Part shown: one piece after another, positions 60,314 to 64,000 of the stretch
Numbering within the stretch: the first letter of the stretch is position 1
Layout: each line of letters begins with the position of its first letter
From: Novosphingobium sp.
GTDB taxonomy: Bacteria > Pseudomonadota > Alphaproteobacteria > Sphingomonadales > Sphingomonadaceae
Assembly (NCBI RefSeq): GCF_037133355.1
Contig: NZ_JBAXOI010000017.1
Coordinates: 22,012 to 86,011 of the forward strand
DNA length: 64,000 bases
Reading direction: 5' to 3'
Made by a program: the position numbers and the translations under genes
Notes under the pieces: model-generated
Told to the model about the DNA's origin: nothing
What the model saw: the letters and a program-made list of their open reading frames with translations, nothing else
The model's database searches: none

Positions 60314-61681
60314 ATGGCATCCCGCGCCGACAACATCGCCAGCACGCTCAATCTGGCCAACTTCTCCAAGGCGACCGAGCTCAAGTCGCGCATCTGGTTT
60401 ACGGTCGGCGCGCTGATCGTGTTCCGGTTCTTGAGCTTTGTGCCGCTGCCGGGCGTCAACCCGATGATCCTGGAGGAGCTCTACAAGCGCACCCAGGGCG
60501 GCATCCTCGATGTTTTCAATGCTTTCTCGGGCGGTTCGCTCCAGCGCATGAGCCTTATCGCGCTCGGCGTGATGCCCTACATCACGGCCTCGATCGTGGT
60601 GCAGCTTGCCGCCTCGCTTCACCCGGCGCTCACCGCGCTCAAGAAGGAAGGCGAGAGCGGGCGCAAGAAGCTCAACCAGTACACACGCTACGGCGCGGTG
60701 TTCCTCACTGCGATCCAGGGGTATTTCCTCGCCGTCGGGCTTGAGGCGTTCAGCGCATCGAGCGGGCTGCAGGCGGTGGTCGATCCGGGCTATATCTTCC
60801 GCATCGGCGCGGTGATCAGCCTTATCGGCGGCACCATGTTCCTGCTCTGGCTGGGCGAGCAGATCACCAGCCGCGGCATCGGCAATGGCGTCTCGCTGAT
60901 CATCATGGCGGGCATTGTCGCCCAGATGCCGACGTTCTTCGGCAACATGTTCGAACAGGGCCGCACCGGTGCGCTCAGCCCGTTCCTGATCTTCGGCGTG
61001 TTCGCGATGCTGGTCGCGGTTGTCATCTTCATCTGCTTCTTCGAGCGCGCCTCGCGCCGCCTGCTGATCCAGTATCCCAAGCGCGTCACCCAGCGCGGGA
61101 CGATGGCGGCAGACCGCAGCCACTTGCCCTTGAAGCTCAACACCGCGGGCGTGATCCCGCCGATCTTCGCAAGCTCGCTGCTGCTGCTGCCGCTTACCAT
61201 CACGCAGTTTGCCGGCCGCTCGGTGTCTCCCGATTCCACCTGGGGTCAGGTCATCGTCGGGCTGAACCAGTATCTGGGCCACGGCAAGCCGGTCTACATG
61301 GTGCTCTACGCCCTGGGGATCGTGTTCTTCAGCTTCTTCTACACCGCGATCGTGTTCAATCCGGAAGAGACGGCCGACAATCTCAAGCGCAACGGCGGCT
61401 TCATTCCGGGCATCCGTCCGGGCAAGAACACCGAGAAGTATCTCGATTACGTTCTGACGCGCATCACCGTGCTGGGCGCAGCCTACATCACCGTAGTCTG
61501 CGTGGTCCCCGAGGCGATCATGGCCGAAACCGGCATGGGTTCGCTGTTCTTCGGCGGCACCAGCCTGCTCATCGTGGTCAACGTAACGGTCGATACGATT
61601 ACCCAGATTCAGTCGCATCTGCTGGCGCACCAGTATGGCGACCTGATCAAGAAGGCCAAGCTGAAAGGCCGCATGCGCTGA
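60314..61681 (+). CDS. secY: Preprotein translocase subunit SecY
   Basis: ELKSRIWFTVGALIVFRFLSFVPLPGVN...LFLLWLGEQITSRGIGNGVSLII. Confidence 0.98.
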   Translation: MASRADNIASTLNLANFSKATELKSRIWFTVGALIVFRFLSFVPLPGVNPMILEELYKRTQGGILDVFNAFSGGSLQRMSLIALGVMPYITASIVVQLAASLHPALTALKKEGESGRKKLNQYTRYGAVFLTAIQGYFLAVGLEAFSASSGLQAVVDPGYIFRIGAVISLIGGTMFLLWLGEQITSRGIGNGVSLIIMAGIVAQMPTFFGNMFEQGRTGALSPFLIFGVFAMLVAVVIFICFFERASRRLLIQYPKRVTQRGTMAADRSHLPLKLNTAGVIPPIFASSLLLLPLTITQFAGRSVSPDSTWGQVIVGLNQYLGHGKPVYMVLYALGIVFFSFFYTAIVFNPEETADNLKRNGGFIPGIRPGKNTEKYLDYVLTRITVLGAAYITVVCVVPEAIMAETGMGSLFFGGTSLLIVVNVTVDTITQIQSHLLAHQYGDLIKKAKLKGRMR

Positions 61682-61747
61682 GCGGGTCGCCCGGGGGTCG
61701 GGCGGCACAGCTCGAAACCGGCGGGCGGTAAAGAGGGGATTGCAGGC

Positions 61748-62392
61748 GTGAACATCATCCTGTTGGGGCCGCCGGGGGCGGGCAAGGGTACCCAGGCACA
61801 GCGGCTCGTCGAGCGGCATGGCATGAAGCAGCTTTCCACCGGCGACATGCTGCGCGCCGCGGTGAAGGCGGGCACGCCCGTCGGGCTGAAGGCCAAGGCG
61901 GTGATGGAAGCGGGCGAACTCGTGTCGGACGAGATCGTGTCGGCGCTCATCGGCGATGAACTCGATGCCATGCCCGAAGGCATGGGCGCGATCTTTGATG
62001 GTTATCCGCGTACCGCGCCTCAGGCAGAATCCCTCGATGCCATTCTCACCTCGCGCGGCCGCGCGCTTGATCATGTGATCGAGCTCGAGGTCAACGAGGA
62101 CGCGCTCGTCGAGCGGATCACCGGGCGCTACACCTGCGCCACCTGCGGCAAGGGCTATCACGACACCTTCGAGAAGCCGGCGGTGGAGGGCACCTGCGAC
62201 AAGTGCGGTGGCCACGAATTCAAGCGCCGCCCCGACGACAACGAGGAAACCGTGCGCACGCGCATGGCCGAATACCGCGCAAAGACCGCGCCGATCCTTC
62301 CCATCTACGAAGCGCGCGGCATTGTCAGCCGCGTTGACGGTATGGCCGATATGGACGCCGTGACGGGTGCCATCGAGGCCATTCTAGTATAA
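61748..62392 (+). CDS. adk: Adenylate kinase (Cys4 zinc-lid type)
   Basis: GTG start; NIILLGPPGAGKGTQAQRL...; lid CATCGKGYH...CDKCGG. Confidence 0.97.
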   Translation: MNIILLGPPGAGKGTQAQRLVERHGMKQLSTGDMLRAAVKAGTPVGLKAKAVMEAGELVSDEIVSALIGDELDAMPEGMGAIFDGYPRTAPQAESLDAILTSRGRALDHVIELEVNEDALVERITGRYTCATCGKGYHDTFEKPAVEGTCDKCGGHEFKRRPDDNEETVRTRMAEYRAKTAPILPIYEARGIVSRVDGMADMDAVTGAIEAILV

Positions 62393-62435
62393 ACCCGCAG
62401 CGGCGCCGCACCGGCGCTGCGGCGGGAGACGGGTG

Positions 62436-63422
62436 ATGCGGTCAGGTTCGAGCAGGCGCAGGGGCGCCATGCTGCTGCTGGCGGCACTCCCCTTCATCGC
62501 CCAACCGGCCCGCGCTGATGTTGTCACCCGCAGCGAAACCGGCTTCGTCGTGCGCATCGCCAGCGAAGTCACGGCCAGTCCGGCCGATGCGTGGAAGGCC
62601 ATCCTCACCCCCGCGTATTGGTGGCAGGGCCAGCACACCTTTTCGGGTGACGCCGCCAATCTCACGCTCGATCCGCAAGTCGGCGGCTGTTTCTGCGAGG
62701 TCTTGCCGCGCCCCGAAGGCGCACCGCTCACGCAGAAGCCGGGCGGCGTGCAGCATATGCGCGTCCTCTACATCGAACCGCCGCGTGCGCTGCGTCTCGC
62801 AGGGGCGCTCGGGCCGCTGCAGAGCGAGGCACTCGCCGCGACGATGACGATCACGGTCAAGCCGACCGAGAAGGGCTCGCGCATCCTGTTCGAGTACGTT
62901 GTCGGTGGCTTCATGCGCTACAAGGTCGATGAAATCGCACCAGCGGTGGACCGCATGCTCACGGCCCAGCTTGGCAGCCTCGCCAGCAAACTCGGGCCTG
63001 TGGCCGAGGTCCCCGCGCCCAAGCCCGAAGCCGGTACGCCAGCCCCCGATGCCGAACTCCCGCCAGCGCAAAAGACTGTCGGGCCGCTCGGCAGCGCGGT
63101 GAACTACAGTCTGCCGCCCGCTCGCGGCGCCGCGCCTGCAGCAAAGCCTTCACCAAAACCAGCCGCCAAGCCCGCGCCCGAGGCAAATCCGGCCGCAGCC
63201 GCGCCGCCTCCCGCTGCCGCGGTGAAAGTCGCAGCAAAGCCTGCAGCAAAGCCGGCCGCCAAACAGGTGGCCAAAACGCCTGCCAAGCTTGCCCCGGTCA
63301 AGGCCCCGGTCAAGCCTGCTGCCAGACCACCCGCTCCCAAGGCCCCCGATCCCGAGGACGAAGCGCACCGCGATGCCAATGCCGCCTTCGATGCGGCGCT
63401 TGGCGGCCCGCCTTCGCCCTGA
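62436..63422 (+). CDS. Secreted SRPBCC/AHSA1-like domain protein with a Lys/Ala/Pro-rich repetitive C-terminal tail
   Basis: Signal peptide MLLLAALPFIAQPARA. Core: FVVRIASEVTASPADAWKAILTPAYWWQGQHTFSGD...GGCFCE...ILFEYVVGG. Tail: KPSPKPAAKPAPE...VAAKPAAKPAAKQVAKTPAKLAPVKAPVKPAARPP. ATG 62436 has GGAGA 6 nt upstream. Confidence 0.6.
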   Translation: MRSGSSRRRGAMLLLAALPFIAQPARADVVTRSETGFVVRIASEVTASPADAWKAILTPAYWWQGQHTFSGDAANLTLDPQVGGCFCEVLPRPEGAPLTQKPGGVQHMRVLYIEPPRALRLAGALGPLQSEALAATMTITVKPTEKGSRILFEYVVGGFMRYKVDEIAPAVDRMLTAQLGSLASKLGPVAEVPAPKPEAGTPAPDAELPPAQKTVGPLGSAVNYSLPPARGAAPAAKPSPKPAAKPAPEANPAAAAPPPAAAVKVAAKPAAKPAAKQVAKTPAKLAPVKAPVKPAARPPAPKAPDPEDEAHRDANAAFDAALGGPPSP

Positions 63423-63584
63423 TCGGCGCAGCATGTGCGCCACTGCACTGGCGCGGGTAACAAAACCGGGTAGTCTCCCCAGGATAAAAAGCGACTCGCC
63501 GGGCCAGACCGGACGGGCGACTTGACAAGTGGTCGCATAAAAATCGCGACGCCGATTTCCGGCCTCGCAAAGGGGGAGAATGCT

Positions 63585-64000
63585 GTGGCCGTTTCCGATC
63601 ACGTCGACCTGCCGACCTTCATGGAAGGCGTCAAGAAGCGCAACCCGTACCAGCCGGAATTTGTCCAGGCCGTGCAGGAAGTTGCCGAAGACATCTTCGA
63701 ATTCATGGAAGACAAGGAGCAATATCACTCGCAGCAGATCCTGCGCCGCATTGCGGAGCCGGACCGTGTCGTCTCGTTCCGCGTGTGCTGGGAGGACGAT
63801 GCCGGCAACATCCGCGTCCAGCGCGGCTGGCGCGTGCAGAACAACAATGCGATCGGCCCCTACAAGGGCGGCATCCGCTTCCACCCCAGCGTCACCGAAA
63901 GCGTATTGAAGTTCCTCGCCTTCGAGCAGACTTTCAAGAACGCGCTGACCGGCCTGCCGATGGGCGGCGGCAAGGGCGGCTCGAACTTCAACCCCAAGGG
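63585..64000 (+). CDS. gdhA: NADP-specific glutamate dehydrogenase, 5' part (continues beyond the window)
   Basis: Hand translation from GTG 63585: [33 protein letters not shown]...[86 protein letters not shown] RBS is present. The listed ORF 63580-63909 is in a different, non-homologous frame. Confidence 0.93.
   Translation, partial: [138 protein letters not shown]

Noticed and set aside
60251-62215. 654-aa minus-strand ORF opposite secY and adk.
   Set aside because: Same reason: a shadow ORF of two conserved genes.
63580-63909. Listed 109-aa ORF at the start of the last gene.
   Set aside because: The adjacent frame from GTG 63585 gives a near-perfect GdhA N-terminus and runs to the window end. 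The listed ORF is the wrong frame.

Overview
Visibly GC-rich chromosomal DNA. Gene content and protein sequences suggest an alphaproteobacterium, probably a Sphingomonadales-like organism (inference only; no search was run). There are four blocks. (1) 2-18396: a tightly packed, co-directional envelope cluster. It encodes an ExbB-type proton channel fused to DUF2341/LamG ectodomains, ExbD, a TonB-architecture protein, a porin-like outer-membrane beta-barrel, a 4359-aa protein with an N-terminal two-partner-secretion (TPS) domain, and an OmpH/Skp chaperone. No TpsB and no TonB-dependent receptor is visible, and this is the best candidate for an undescribed system. (2) 18397-38037: an accessory/housekeeping mix. 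It holds a double-length PstS-like secreted protein, a possible small-RNA locus, a DsbA-like protein, modABC, kup, a PrtD/HlyD/TolC type I secretion operon with no visible substrate, ligAB-type extradiol dioxygenase subunits, a NarL-type two-component system, and a four-gene unit with a membrane-tethered LuxR-type regulator. (3) 38070-62392: the str-S10-spc ribosomal protein superoperon (rpsL to adk). It is interrupted between rpmD and rplO by a 7.2-kb, five-gene insertion of mixed orientation, which leaves rplO as an apparently monocistronic unit. (4) 62436-64000: a secreted SRPBCC-like protein with a Lys/Ala/Pro tail, and the 5' part of gdhA. No rRNA, tRNA, CRISPR array, transposase or integrase was recognised. 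Many long ORFs in the track are antisense or out-of-frame artefacts of high GC, and the track also uses GTG/TTG starts. All family assignments come from motif recognition by eye; no HMM or BLAST search was possible.
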